From assembly GCA_003252195.1 (NCBI GenBank), contig QKFK01000177.1:1-40292 (forward strand): a stretch of 40,292 nt of DNA, read 5' to 3'. A program made the position numbers and the translations under genes. Below are positions 10,964 to 20,224 of this stretch, piece by piece. This stretch comes from Rhodospirillales bacterium (GTDB taxonomy: Bacteria; Pseudomonadota; Alphaproteobacteria; QKFK01; SZUA-500). The stretch's first letter is position 1. The number at the start of each line of letters is the position of its first letter. The notes below the pieces were generated by a model. That model was not told the origin of the DNA and did not search any database. It saw only the letters and a list, made by a program, of their open reading frames with translations.

Positions 10964-11163
10964 CCATCACACAATCTCTACTGTGCAATAAATAATCATT
11001 CCACAGCTTTAATACCAATATGGATTTTCTGTTTGCTCTAACAAAAGTTTTTTAACAATATATGATAGCATTTTAATAATTATTATCGCCACTCAATATT
11101 TGCATAATTGGCATAGCATAATTAGAGCTTATCCTCACTCTGTCATATAACTTGTAAATACAC

Positions 11164-11186
11164 AAAAGCCCCGTTTAAGGGGCTTT
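11164..11186. terminator. Bidirectional terminator between asmA and the mlaC-like gene
   Basis: AAAAGCCCC-GTTTAA-GGGGCTTT between convergent genes. Confidence 0.75.
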
Positions 11187-11224
11187 ATTTTATTATAAAC
11201 TTCATATATGTGAGGCAAATATAT

Positions 11225-11842
11225 TTATAGTTGAGTTACCATCTTATCAGTTGCTTTTTGCAAATCCTCAATAAACCAATTTATGTCCTCATAAGCTTCA
11301 GCCACCATCTTGGTTATTAAATCACGATAAACAATAAGCTGGCTCGCTCCATTTATCTTCACATCAAACAGAACAAACGAATTCCCCTTTTCTTTCAAAG
11401 ATAGCACTAATTTCATTGGCTCATCAAAATCAGGAACCATCACATCGCTATCTAAAATATATTCGCCTTCTTTAGCTCCTTTTACACAGGAATTCACCGT
11501 GTATTTGATCGTTTCCTTAAATTGCAACGGAAGCGTTTTATAAGTAGCCATAATATAATCTCTAAACACTTTTTGATATTGTGTTTTTTGCTCAGGCTTC
11601 ATTACTCGCCAGTATTTTCCAGCTACAAATTTAGAAATAAAGTCTGTATCTAAATTATCATCTATAATCTTATCAAGAGCATCATAGCGATCATATTTGT
11701 CTGCTATATTAAAAGAACTAAGGAGCTGATTTGCAATATTATCAGCCCAAGCTCTAGCCTCTGTTACTCCTGCTTTAGCAGGAAAAGCCCAAAGACAAAC
11801 AAACATTAACACAACAACTTTTTTAAGCATATTATTTCTCAT
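11225..11842 (-). CDS. mlaC: MlaC/Ttg2D-family periplasmic phospholipid-binding protein
   Basis: Signal peptide; DTDFISKFVAGKYWR...EQKTQYQKVF and FDVKINGASQL...YR match the MlaC pattern. Confidence 0.75.
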   Translation of the reverse strand: MRNNMLKKVVVLMFVCLWAFPAKAGVTEARAWADNIANQLLSSFNIADKYDRYDALDKIIDDNLDTDFISKFVAGKYWRVMKPEQKTQYQKVFRDYIMATYKTLPLQFKETIKYTVNSCVKGAKEGEYILDSDVMVPDFDEPMKLVLSLKEKGNSFVLFDVKINGASQLIVYRDLITKMVAEAYEDINWFIEDLQKATDKMVTQL

Positions 11843-11844
11843 TA

Positions 11845-12624
11845 TTATGAACTACTCCGCTTATTAAAACCGAGCTCTCCAATACCAGGAAGTTTTAGCG
11901 ATAGTCTTAGAGGGCTAACCCCACTTACCACCCCAAACAAGTTTATCTCCAAGCCTTCATCTTTAGCAAGTGTTATGCTAAACAAACCATTTAGAGAAAA
12001 CTGCCACCCAGTACCGCTAACGGCTTTATCAAAAAACTTTGCTTCTCCATTATTAGAATATAGATAATCTTTACCAATCGCAAGAGGAGACATAACCAGC
12101 TCCAACTCTGGAATATTACGCCCTAAATATGCAATATACGAATTGCTATTAGGTCCAGGCCAAGCGGTGTATGCCTTAGGATATGGATAAGCCCCACCAA
12201 ATTTTTTAAGTTTTTCTATAATCACCTCAGCTTTTTCACCACGAACATCTTTAATTAGCGTTGGGGGCTCGCCGTACCATTTAGCATCTGGCTCTCTATC
12301 TGAGGAAATATTTATAACAGGCTTGCCTCTGCGCAAATTCCAGCCTATTACTTCATATCTAGTATATTTTTCAGCATTTTTTGGCTTTGCAGCTAACCAT
12401 GTATGTACACCATAAGCTCCCCTCGCCCCATAAAGCCTAGCATTAAACACTTGCACTACGGCTTCTTTTTCTTCCGATGGCAACGGAGATTGCTGAGTTG
12501 ACGCAAAGCTAGCATCGCGCCAATCGATGTTTAATTTATCAAGGCGAAAGAAGCTAACTCCTAATGGGAGTAAACATAAATATATTGCCAAGAGACTTAA
12601 ATACATTCTTATTCTTTTTATCAT
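11845..12624 (-). CDS. DUF3750-family protein
   Basis: EAVVQVF.AR, VHTW, YTRYEVIGW, PD..WYG, WPGPNSNS, AIGKDY, SGTGWQ, EGLEINL. Confidence 0.85.
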   Translation of the reverse strand: MIKRIRMYLSLLAIYLCLLPLGVSFFRLDKLNIDWRDASFASTQQSPLPSEEKEAVVQVFNARLYGARGAYGVHTWLAAKPKNAEKYTRYEVIGWNLRRGKPVINISSDREPDAKWYGEPPTLIKDVRGEKAEVIIEKLKKFGGAYPYPKAYTAWPGPNSNSYIAYLGRNIPELELVMSPLAIGKDYLYSNNGEAKFFDKAVSGTGWQFSLNGLFSITLAKDEGLEINLFGVVSGVSPLRLSLKLPGIGELGFNKRSSS

Positions 12625-12693
12625 AAAAAAAAGTACCCTTAGTTGTTTCTTTTATGTATGCTATAAAAGCATTACACAAAGGTATTATATCAT

Positions 12694-13710
12694 ATGAACA
12701 GCAAAATATTTATAACAATCGTATTCTTACTATGCTTTTTCATTCCTAAAGCCCATGCTGGCGAGGTAATTGATAAAATAGAGCTCAGAGGCAAACTCTT
12801 ATGCGGAACCTCTCTTGAAAGCCGAGCATATGCCTATAAAGAAAACGGATATTGGCATGGCGTAGATGCAGATTTTTGTAATGCTGTTAGCATAGCCATT
12901 TTTGGCATGCCCGATAAATTTGACATGATAGATATCAGCAAAGAAAACAGATTTACCGCGCTAAAAAAAGGTAAAATAGATTTATTATTAGGCGCAACAC
13001 CATGGACAGCATCTGATGATTTAATTAACAATGTAGATTTCACAGGTGTACTTTTCTATTCTATGCAGGGGTTTATGGCTCACTATAACCCAGAGAAAAA
13101 TTCTATGGAGAGTTATAAAGAATCTCGAGTTTGTGTTTTATCTAATAGCGCCAACCGCAAAAACTTAGAAAAATTTAATCATGATTATGAGTTAAAATTT
13201 ATAACTGTACCTGAGCCAAATATCAGAAAGCTAAAAGAAGCATTCCTTCTAAATCGTTGTGAGCTTTTAAGCGAAGATCAATTAGTATTAAAAGCAGGCT
13301 TGCTCGGCAACTTCCCCGATGACATGAAGCTGGTTGTTTTACCCGAGGTAATTGACAGAAAACCATCAAGCCCAGTGGTTAGAAGCACAGATATAAAATT
13401 TAGAGATATTGTAAATTGGGTTATATATTCAATGATTAAGGCAGAAGAAAAAGGCATAACCTCAAAGAATGTTGATATATATAAAGCAAGTAATGATGAT
13501 GAAGTTAAAAACCTTTTAGGAACCAACCCAAAATTATGGAAAGCTATGGGCCTCGAAAGCTACTGGGCTGAGGTTATGATCAAAAATGTCGGCAACTATG
13601 CAGAATTTTATGAGCGCAATCTAGGTACTAACTCAATCTTTAAGATGGATAGAGGTGTAAATCGCCTTTGGACAGACGGCGGACAACTTTGGTCACCCGT
13701 GTTCTTGTAA
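12694..13710 (+). CDS. AapJ/BztA-like ABC substrate-binding protein (divergent, orphan)
   Basis: Signal peptide; RGKLLCG, G.D.DFC.A, RFTAL..G.ID, LPEVI, AEE.GITS.NV, VGNY.E.YERNLG, RG.N.LW..GG. Confidence 0.85.
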   Translation: MNSKIFITIVFLLCFFIPKAHAGEVIDKIELRGKLLCGTSLESRAYAYKENGYWHGVDADFCNAVSIAIFGMPDKFDMIDISKENRFTALKKGKIDLLLGATPWTASDDLINNVDFTGVLFYSMQGFMAHYNPEKNSMESYKESRVCVLSNSANRKNLEKFNHDYELKFITVPEPNIRKLKEAFLLNRCELLSEDQLVLKAGLLGNFPDDMKLVVLPEVIDRKPSSPVVRSTDIKFRDIVNWVIYSMIKAEEKGITSKNVDIYKASNDDEVKNLLGTNPKLWKAMGLESYWAEVMIKNVGNYAEFYERNLGTNSIFKMDRGVNRLWTDGGQLWSPVFL

Positions 13711-13772
13711 TTTATAAAAACGCTACCTATCTTAGCTAAATAATAATAACAATAACATTAGGAGCTATGAAC

Positions 13773-14426
13773 ATGTCTATTATAGATACTGCAAAAAAAC
13801 GTTATTCAACCAAAAGATTCAATCAAGATAAAAAAATCACAACAGAAGATTTTAATAAAGTAAAAGAATTACTCCGCCTTTCTGCATCAAGTGTAAATTC
13901 TCAGCCATGGCATTTTATCATTGCAGAAAGCGATGAAGGCAAAGCCCGATTTGCCAAAGCCACACAAGGTGGTTTTGATTTCAACCTTAATAAAGTGCTT
14001 AAATCTAGTCATGTAGTAGCTTTTTGTGCCAAAACAGACATTGACGATACTTATCTTGCCAAACTAACCGAGCAAGAAAAAGCTGACAGTCGTTTTTCAT
14101 CAGCAGATGAAGAAAAGGTACAACATGATAAAAGAAGTTACTTTGTAAACTTACACAAAGAGACTATTAAAGACCTTCCTCAATGGACAGCCAAACAAAC
14201 TTATTTAAGTTTGGGTAGCTTTTTACTTGGAGTAGCAGACCTTGGCTTAGATGCTGTGCCGATTGAAGGCTTTGATGCCAAAATCTTTGATGAAGAATTT
14301 AAACTAGCTGAAAAGAATTTAGCCAGCTTGGCATTAGTAGCCGTTGGCTACCGCTCAGATGATGACATCAACGCCAAATTACCAAAATCTCGCTTAAAAG
14401 AGCAAGAAATTATCTCTGTGATATAA
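13773..14426 (+). CDS. nfsB: Oxygen-insensitive NAD(P)H nitroreductase, NfsB type
   Basis: KRYSTK.F, SASSVNSQPWHF, LGLDAVPIEGFD, NAKLPKSRL. AGGAG spacing favours ATG 13773 over 13767. Confidence 0.9.
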   Translation: MSIIDTAKKRYSTKRFNQDKKITTEDFNKVKELLRLSASSVNSQPWHFIIAESDEGKARFAKATQGGFDFNLNKVLKSSHVVAFCAKTDIDDTYLAKLTEQEKADSRFSSADEEKVQHDKRSYFVNLHKETIKDLPQWTAKQTYLSLGSFLLGVADLGLDAVPIEGFDAKIFDEEFKLAEKNLASLALVAVGYRSDDDINAKLPKSRLKEQEIISVI

Positions 14427-14437
14427 CCCAACCAACG

Positions 14438-14470
14438 AAAAAACCGCTCTTAAATCAAGAGCGGTTTTTT
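14438..14470. terminator. Bidirectional terminator between nfsB and pntB
   Basis: Perfect inverted repeat AAAAAACCGCTCTT-AAATC-AAGAGCGGTTTTTT. Confidence 0.9.
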
Positions 14471-14482
14471 ATATGTTTAGGA

Positions 14483-14607
14483 TAAAAACATTTTTATAAG
14501 AGGAGGATACTAGAAGCCAAAGCACGAGCAAAATTTTAGTGTACAATTAGTACATGAATTTTGTGAGAGCAAAGGCGACGCAGTAGCTTCCCCTAGAAAG
14601 ATGTTTA
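14483..14607. mobile_element. About 125-bp palindromic element (MITE-like, resembling Rickettsia palindromic elements)
   Basis: Folds by hand end-to-end into one interrupted hairpin: AAACATTTTT/AAAGATGTTT, AGAGGAGG/CTTCCCCT, TACT/AGTA, GCC/GGC, GCAAAAT/ATTTTGT, apical TGTAC-AATTA-GTACA. Confidence 0.6.
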
Positions 14608-15981
14608 TTATGCCATTGCTTTAACAATTTCTTCCGTCATCTTCTTAGCATCTGCAAATAACATCATTGTGTTATCGGCATAGAAAAGAGGATTGTCAAC
14701 GCCTGCATAACCTGCGGAGAGCGAACGTTTTACAAAGAATACTGTTTTGGCTTTATCTACTTCTAGAATTGGCATACCAAAGATTGGGCTTGATGAATCT
14801 GTTTTTGCCAATGGGTTGGTTACGTCATTTGCACCAATGATGTAAGCTACATCGGCTGTTGCAAATTCACGATTGATTTCATCCATTTCAAACACATCTT
14901 CATATGGCACATTAGCTTCGGCTAAAAGCACGTTCATATGTCCTGGCATACGACCTGCTACAGGGTGAATTGCGTATTTAACTTCTACACCTTCTTTCTT
15001 TAGCACATCGCCCATTTCTTTTAGCACGTGTTGTGCTTGAGATACGGCCATTCCATAACCAGGGACAATGATAACCTTTTGTGCATTTTTCATAATAAAT
15101 GCAGCGTCATCTGCGTTACCAGCTTTTGCGTTTTTATCACCTGTTACACCAGCTGCGGCAGCGTTTGAATCACCACCAAAGCCACCTACTATTACGTTGA
15201 ATAGTGAGCGGTTCATCGCCTTACACATGATGTATGACAAGATTAAGCCTGAAGGTCCAACGATAGAACCTGTGATAATCAACAAACTGTTATGCAATGT
15301 GAAACCGATACCTGCACCAGCAAAACCAGAATACGCGTTAAGCACAGAGATAACCACAGGCATATCTGCACCACCGATTGGAATAACTAGTAAGAAACCA
15401 ACCAAAATTGAAAGAGCAGCTAAGATATAGAATGTATAGATACAGCCTGTCATAGCAAACTCACCAATCAATATTGCAATAGCAACAAGCAATAATAGAT
15501 TGAGTAATTGTTGGAATTTAAATGTTATTGGCTGACCAGACATAAGCCCCTGCAATTTTGCAAAAGCAACAATAGAGCCAGAAAAAGCCACAGCACCAAT
15601 CACCATACCAAGGGCAGATTCTAACAATGCACCTTCGGCAACTCCGCCTTTTTCTGAGGCTACGATTTCTGCCATAGCCACCATTACAGAAGCCAAACCA
15701 CCAAGACCGTTAAAAGCAGCTACCATTTGAGGCAAGCCTGTCATTTTAACTTTTAATGCACTATAAGTACCGATTACACCACCGATTATAATCGCCAAAA
15801 TAATCCACATATAAGAGTGAACCTCTGGTGAGATAAAGGTTGTAACAATAGCAAGCAACATACCAGTTGCACCAAGAGCATTACCTTTACGAGCTGTTTC
15901 TGGTGAGGCAAGACCTCTGATAGAGGTAATGAACAATATGCTAGCAACAATATAGGAAGCCATAGTTAAATTATACATCAT
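14608..15981 (-). CDS. pntB: NAD(P) transhydrogenase subunit beta
   Basis: PIGGADMPVVIS.LN, CKAMNRS, VPGYGMAV, HPVAGRMPGHMNVLLAEA, IGANDVTNP. Confidence 0.97.
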   Translation of the reverse strand: MMYNLTMASYIVASILFITSIRGLASPETARKGNALGATGMLLAIVTTFISPEVHSYMWIILAIIIGGVIGTYSALKVKMTGLPQMVAAFNGLGGLASVMVAMAEIVASEKGGVAEGALLESALGMVIGAVAFSGSIVAFAKLQGLMSGQPITFKFQQLLNLLLLVAIAILIGEFAMTGCIYTFYILAALSILVGFLLVIPIGGADMPVVISVLNAYSGFAGAGIGFTLHNSLLIITGSIVGPSGLILSYIMCKAMNRSLFNVIVGGFGGDSNAAAAGVTGDKNAKAGNADDAAFIMKNAQKVIIVPGYGMAVSQAQHVLKEMGDVLKKEGVEVKYAIHPVAGRMPGHMNVLLAEANVPYEDVFEMDEINREFATADVAYIIGANDVTNPLAKTDSSSPIFGMPILEVDKAKTVFFVKRSLSAGYAGVDNPLFYADNTMMLFADAKKMTEEIVKAMA

Positions 15982-15982
15982 C

Positions 15983-16435
15983 TTACTTTACTCCCTCTGC
16001 TTCTTGTTTTTTCTTTTTCTTAAACATTGCGAGCATGCGTTGTGAAACCACAAAACCGCCAAAAATGTTAATTGAAGCTAACACTACGCCGATTAAAGCG
16101 ATGAATTTATCACCAGTAAAATCAGCAGAACCAGCAGCTACAATCGCACCGACGATAACAATACCTGAAATCGCGTTAGACACACTCATCAATGGTGCGT
16201 GTAATGCAGGTGTAACTTTCCATACTACGTAATAACCAACAAAGCAGGCTAATACAAAGATTGTGAACAACAACCAAAAGTCATTACCACTTTCGCTTGC
16301 TTTTGCCACAGCATTAGCTGCTTCTTGCATCCTATATTTTGACGCTTCAACAGCTAAATCAGCTGCCATATTAGCAACCTTTCCAGCTTGTTCAGCCACG
16401 CCAACCGCGCCTTGAACTAAATCTTCAGCTTGCAT
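15983..16435 (-). CDS. pntAb: NAD(P) transhydrogenase subunit alpha part 2
   Basis: FVLACFVGYYVVW.VTPALH.PLMSV.NAISG, INIFGGF.V..RML.MFKKK. Confidence 0.95.
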   Translation of the reverse strand: MQAEDLVQGAVGVAEQAGKVANMAADLAVEASKYRMQEAANAVAKASESGNDFWLLFTIFVLACFVGYYVVWKVTPALHAPLMSVSNAISGIVIVGAIVAAGSADFTGDKFIALIGVVLASINIFGGFVVSQRMLAMFKKKKKQEAEGVK

Positions 16436-16436
16436 C

Positions 16437-17579
16437 TTATTTTCCTCCTTGTTCAGCTAACATCGGATGAACAACTTTTCCATCTTTTACAATGCATGTA
16501 CCTTTAACTAACTCGTCTTCATAATTGAATTTGAGCTCTTTAGTTTCTTTATCAATCATTGGAGTAATGAAGTTTAAGATGTTTTTTGCAAATAATGTGC
16601 TGGCATCACTTGAAACTTCAGATGTGATATTTTCTGTTCCAATAATTTTAATACCGTCAACCTCAGCAACTTTACCTGGCTTAGTAGCTTCGCAGTTACC
16701 GCCAGCTTCGGCTGCTAAATCTACAATCACAGAACCTTGACGCATATCTTTTAGCATCTCTTTAGTGATAAGAATTGGTGCTTTTTTGCCTGGAATTAAC
16801 GCGGTAGAAATAGCGATATCAGTTTTTTTCAATTGGTCAGCAATTGCTTGAGATTGTTTCTTTTTATAATCTTCTGACATCTCTTTAGCATAACCGCCTT
16901 TAGTCTCGGCGTTTTTAGTTTCTTCAGACTCAACTTCAACAAACTTTGCACCAAGTGATTCTACTTGTTCTTTAACTGCTGGGCGAACGTCAAAAGCATA
17001 AACTACTGCACCAAGTCTTTTAGCTGTAGCGATAGCTTGCAAACCTGCAACACCAGCACCAAGCACCAAAACTTTAGCAGGAGCGATTGTTCCTGCCGCT
17101 GTCATCATCATTGGCATAGCGCGAGTAAAGTGGTATGAAGCATCAATAACAGCTTTATAACCAGCTAAGTTACTTTGTGATGACAAAACATCCATGCTTT
17201 GAGCCCTAGAAATACGTGGCATAAGCTCCATTGCAAAACCAGTAATACCTGCCTTTGCATAATCTTTCATCATATCTTTATTGCCAAGAGCGTTAAAGTG
17301 AGCAAGAACTATAGTGTTCTTTTTAATTAAAGAAAGTTCTTCAGCTTCAGGGGCTTTAATTTTGAGCACAACGTCGGCGTCCTTATACAAGGCATCAGCC
17401 TTAGCTACAATTTTAGCTCCAGCATTTTTATATTCTTCATCGGCATATCCTGATTTCATGCCGGCATTCTTCTCAACCGAAACTTCAAAACCTAAAGCTA
17501 CGTATTTTTTTACTGTGTCTGGCACAGCAGCAACTCTAGCTTCCCCTTCGGCGATCTCTCTGGGAATAGCAATTTTCAT
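16437..17579 (-). CDS. pntAa: NAD(P) transhydrogenase subunit alpha part 1
   Basis: MKIAIP.E, PRISRAQSMD.LSSQSNLAGY, GAGVAGLQAIATAKRLGA, GGYAKEM, VDLAAEAGGNC. Confidence 0.97.
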   Translation of the reverse strand: MKIAIPREIAEGEARVAAVPDTVKKYVALGFEVSVEKNAGMKSGYADEEYKNAGAKIVAKADALYKDADVVLKIKAPEAEELSLIKKNTIVLAHFNALGNKDMMKDYAKAGITGFAMELMPRISRAQSMDVLSSQSNLAGYKAVIDASYHFTRAMPMMMTAAGTIAPAKVLVLGAGVAGLQAIATAKRLGAVVYAFDVRPAVKEQVESLGAKFVEVESEETKNAETKGGYAKEMSEDYKKKQSQAIADQLKKTDIAISTALIPGKKAPILITKEMLKDMRQGSVIVDLAAEAGGNCEATKPGKVAEVDGIKIIGTENITSEVSSDASTLFAKNILNFITPMIDKETKELKFNYEDELVKGTCIVKDGKVVHPMLAEQGGK

Positions 17580-17684
17580 TATTTAACTCCTTGAAAAATA
17601 TTAAAGGAAAACATTTCCTAAAATTACTTTGCACGCTCTATATAATCAGCCTCACCTATTTTGTAAGGTGACTAAATATAAATA

Positions 17685-17927
17685 TTAGAGGTTTAACGCT
17701 TTTTTATATACGTCTAGCAAATATTCCATTTCATCACGATCAGATGCGTCCATTTTACGAAGTCTAACGATTTGACGCATAATCTTAACATCAAAGCCAG
17801 CAGATTTTGCCTCTGCATAAATTTCTTTTATATCTGTTTGCAGTGCTTTTTTCTCATCTTCTAATCTTTCGATTCTTTCGATAAAAGATTGAAGCCTCTC
17901 TGCTGCAATTCCATCAACATCACTCAT
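17685..17927 (-). CDS. gapR: GapR/DUF2312 (UPF0335) nucleoid-associated protein
   Basis: IAAERLQSFIERIERLEDEKKAL..DIKEIYAEAK..GFDVKIMRQIVRLRK. GGAG RBS before ATG 17927. Confidence 0.92.
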   Translation of the reverse strand: MSDVDGIAAERLQSFIERIERLEDEKKALQTDIKEIYAEAKSAGFDVKIMRQIVRLRKMDASDRDEMEYLLDVYKKALNL

Positions 17928-18093
17928 TGCTATCTCCATAAAAATTAAATTTGTTTTAACTACTGCAAAATATAGTCATAATGCAGAAAATTCAAGAATT
18001 TGGTTTTTTTTGAACAAAATAATTAAGTTTTTTGTGAAAAATTATTTTTATTCGTATATAGTGCATAAAGTTACAACATCAGGAAAATATACC

Positions 18094-19551
18094 ATGAAAC
18101 ACGAAAGCTATACTAAAATCGTAGCAACTTTGGGACCATCTTCCAATTCCCCCGAGATTATTGAGAAATTGCTAGCGTCTGGCGCAGATGTATTCCGTCT
18201 AAATTTTAGCCACGGAACTCACGACTACCACAAAGCTACATATGACACTATCCGTGAGATTGAGAAAAAATTATCCCGTCCAATTAGTATTGTGATGGAT
18301 TTGCAAGGTCCAAAACTCAGAGTCGGCAAATTTAAAGACGATAAAATAGCTGTTAAACCTGGTCACAAATTACGACTCGATTTATCTAAAGAGCTTGGTG
18401 ATGAAACTAGAGTTAACCTCCCTCACAAAGAAATTTTTGAAGTTATGCAAGTTGGGCAATCTCTGCTTATTAACGATGGGAAAGTAAAACTTAAAGTTTT
18501 GAATTGTGGCAAAGATTTTGCTGATACTGAAGTTGTATATGGCACAGAGATTTCAAACAACAAAGGCGTGAACGTTCCTGATGTAGTTCTGCCAATTTCT
18601 GCCTTAACTGAAAAAGATAGAAAAGATTTAGAATTCGGCTTAGGCCTTGGTGTTGATTGGGTTGCCCTATCATTTGTGCAACGCCCAGAAGATGTTGAAG
18701 AAGCTAAACAATTAATAGATGGCAGAGCATGGCTCATCTCAAAATTAGAAAAACCAAGTGTTTTAGAGCATTTAGAAGAAATTATTTCTAAATCAGACGG
18801 CATTATGGTTGCACGTGGTGATTTAGGTGTTGAATGCCCACTTAAACGCGTTCCTGTTCTACAAAAAACTATCATCAGAGCATGTCGCAAAGTTGGTCGC
18901 CCTGTTATTGTTGCAACTCAAATGCTCGAATCTATGATTGACAATCCTGTACCAACAAGAGCTGAAGCTTCTGACGTGGCTACTGCTGTTTATGAAGGTG
19001 CAGATGCTGTTATGCTTTCAGCTGAAACAGCTGCTGGCAAATACCCAGTTGAAGCAGTTACTATGATGGACAGCATTATTAACGAAGTTGAAGAAGATGT
19101 ATTATACAGACAAATAATGGACAGCAGCCACTTTGCACCAGAAGACACTGGAGCTGACGCAGTTACAAATGCAGCACGTCAAGTTGCAATGACACTAAAA
19201 AAAGCCGCTGCTATTGTTACTTATACCATGTCTGGCTCAACTGCAATGAGAGCTGCTAGAGAGCGCCCTTGTCTACCTATTTTATGTTTAACTCCTTCAC
19301 AAAAAGTAGCCCGCAAAATGGCTTTAGTATGGGGGACATGCCCTGTTATTTCTTCTTCAGTTGATAATTTTGCAGCTATTGAAGAAAAAGCTATCCGTCA
19401 CGCTATTAACCATAAACTTGCCAAACCTGGGCACGAGCTAATTATAACAGCTGGTCACCCATTTGGTAAAAAAGGCACAACTAACATCTTGCGAATTGCT
19501 TATATCGACCCAGAAAAGCACCCAGATGTTGAACCTGCTAGCTTTGAATAA
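18094..19551 (+). CDS. pyk: Pyruvate kinase
   Basis: TKIVATLGP, FRLNFSHG, DLQGPK, MVARGDLGVE, ATQMLESM, DAVMLSAETA. Start set at ATG 18094. Confidence 0.97.
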   Translation: MKHESYTKIVATLGPSSNSPEIIEKLLASGADVFRLNFSHGTHDYHKATYDTIREIEKKLSRPISIVMDLQGPKLRVGKFKDDKIAVKPGHKLRLDLSKELGDETRVNLPHKEIFEVMQVGQSLLINDGKVKLKVLNCGKDFADTEVVYGTEISNNKGVNVPDVVLPISALTEKDRKDLEFGLGLGVDWVALSFVQRPEDVEEAKQLIDGRAWLISKLEKPSVLEHLEEIISKSDGIMVARGDLGVECPLKRVPVLQKTIIRACRKVGRPVIVATQMLESMIDNPVPTRAEASDVATAVYEGADAVMLSAETAAGKYPVEAVTMMDSIINEVEEDVLYRQIMDSSHFAPEDTGADAVTNAARQVAMTLKKAAAIVTYTMSGSTAMRAARERPCLPILCLTPSQKVARKMALVWGTCPVISSSVDNFAAIEEKAIRHAINHKLAKPGHELIITAGHPFGKKGTTNILRIAYIDPEKHPDVEPASFE

Positions 19552-19574
19552 TTTCTTAGCTACTTAAAAACATT

Positions 19575-19609
19575 AAAAGCCAGAAAAATATATTTCTGGC
19601 TTTTGTTTT
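19575..19609 (+). terminator. Intrinsic terminator after pyk
   Basis: AAAAGCCAGAAA...TTTCTGGCTTTTGTTTT. Confidence 0.85.
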
Positions 19610-19854
19610 ATATTGCAAATCCCCCTCACCCGCTTAGCCAAGCAGATTCTAGCCTAGCAATTTATATATCTAATTAGATTGGCAATCATTTCCACCCGAC
19701 TAGTGAGTGAGTATAAATTTATTAAAACTTCAAAATATCTAGCAAAGAATCTATAGTTTTTGCATGGACTTACTCTATACATGCCATGCAATCGCAAGTT
19801 AATAAACAGATATAGTTAAGTAATCAATGTTTTATTTTAAATGTATTTAAACGC

Positions 19855-19879
19855 AAATAAGGCACCCAATTAGGTGCCT
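19855..19879 (-). terminator. Probable terminator after rpmJ
   Basis: Minus strand AGGCACC-TAATTG-GGTGCCT-TATTT. Confidence 0.65.
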
Positions 19880-19910
19880 ACATTGTTTTGTCTTAAACCA
19901 AACCCTAAAA

Positions 19911-20036
19911 CTAGCCCTGACGAGCCTTCATGCGGGGATTTGACTTATTAATGACATATACACGGCCCTTGCGGCGAACAATTTTACAATTTTTGTCCCT
20001 GATTTTTGCCGATTTAAGGGAGTTACGAACTTTCAT
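19911..20036 (-). CDS. rpmJ: 50S ribosomal protein L36, type B (Zn-independent); absent from the ORF track
   Basis: Manual translation gives [41 protein letters not shown] (41 aa). Confidence 0.97.
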   Translation of the reverse strand: MKVRNSLKSAKIRDKNCKIVRRKGRVYVINKSNPRMKARQG

Positions 20037-20224
20037 TTTTTTATTCCCCATGAAAACTGTTATTCTCAACGAGATTGAACAATACGTATATTATCACTCA
20101 ATGTCAATAGTAAAATGCTTGTTAAAGCTTACAAAAGCTTCTTTAACAATCCGAGCATTTCTGCTATGTTCATAACAGATATTTTTTGCCTATGCAAGAA
20201 GAGGTTATTATTTTGTTAAAAAAA

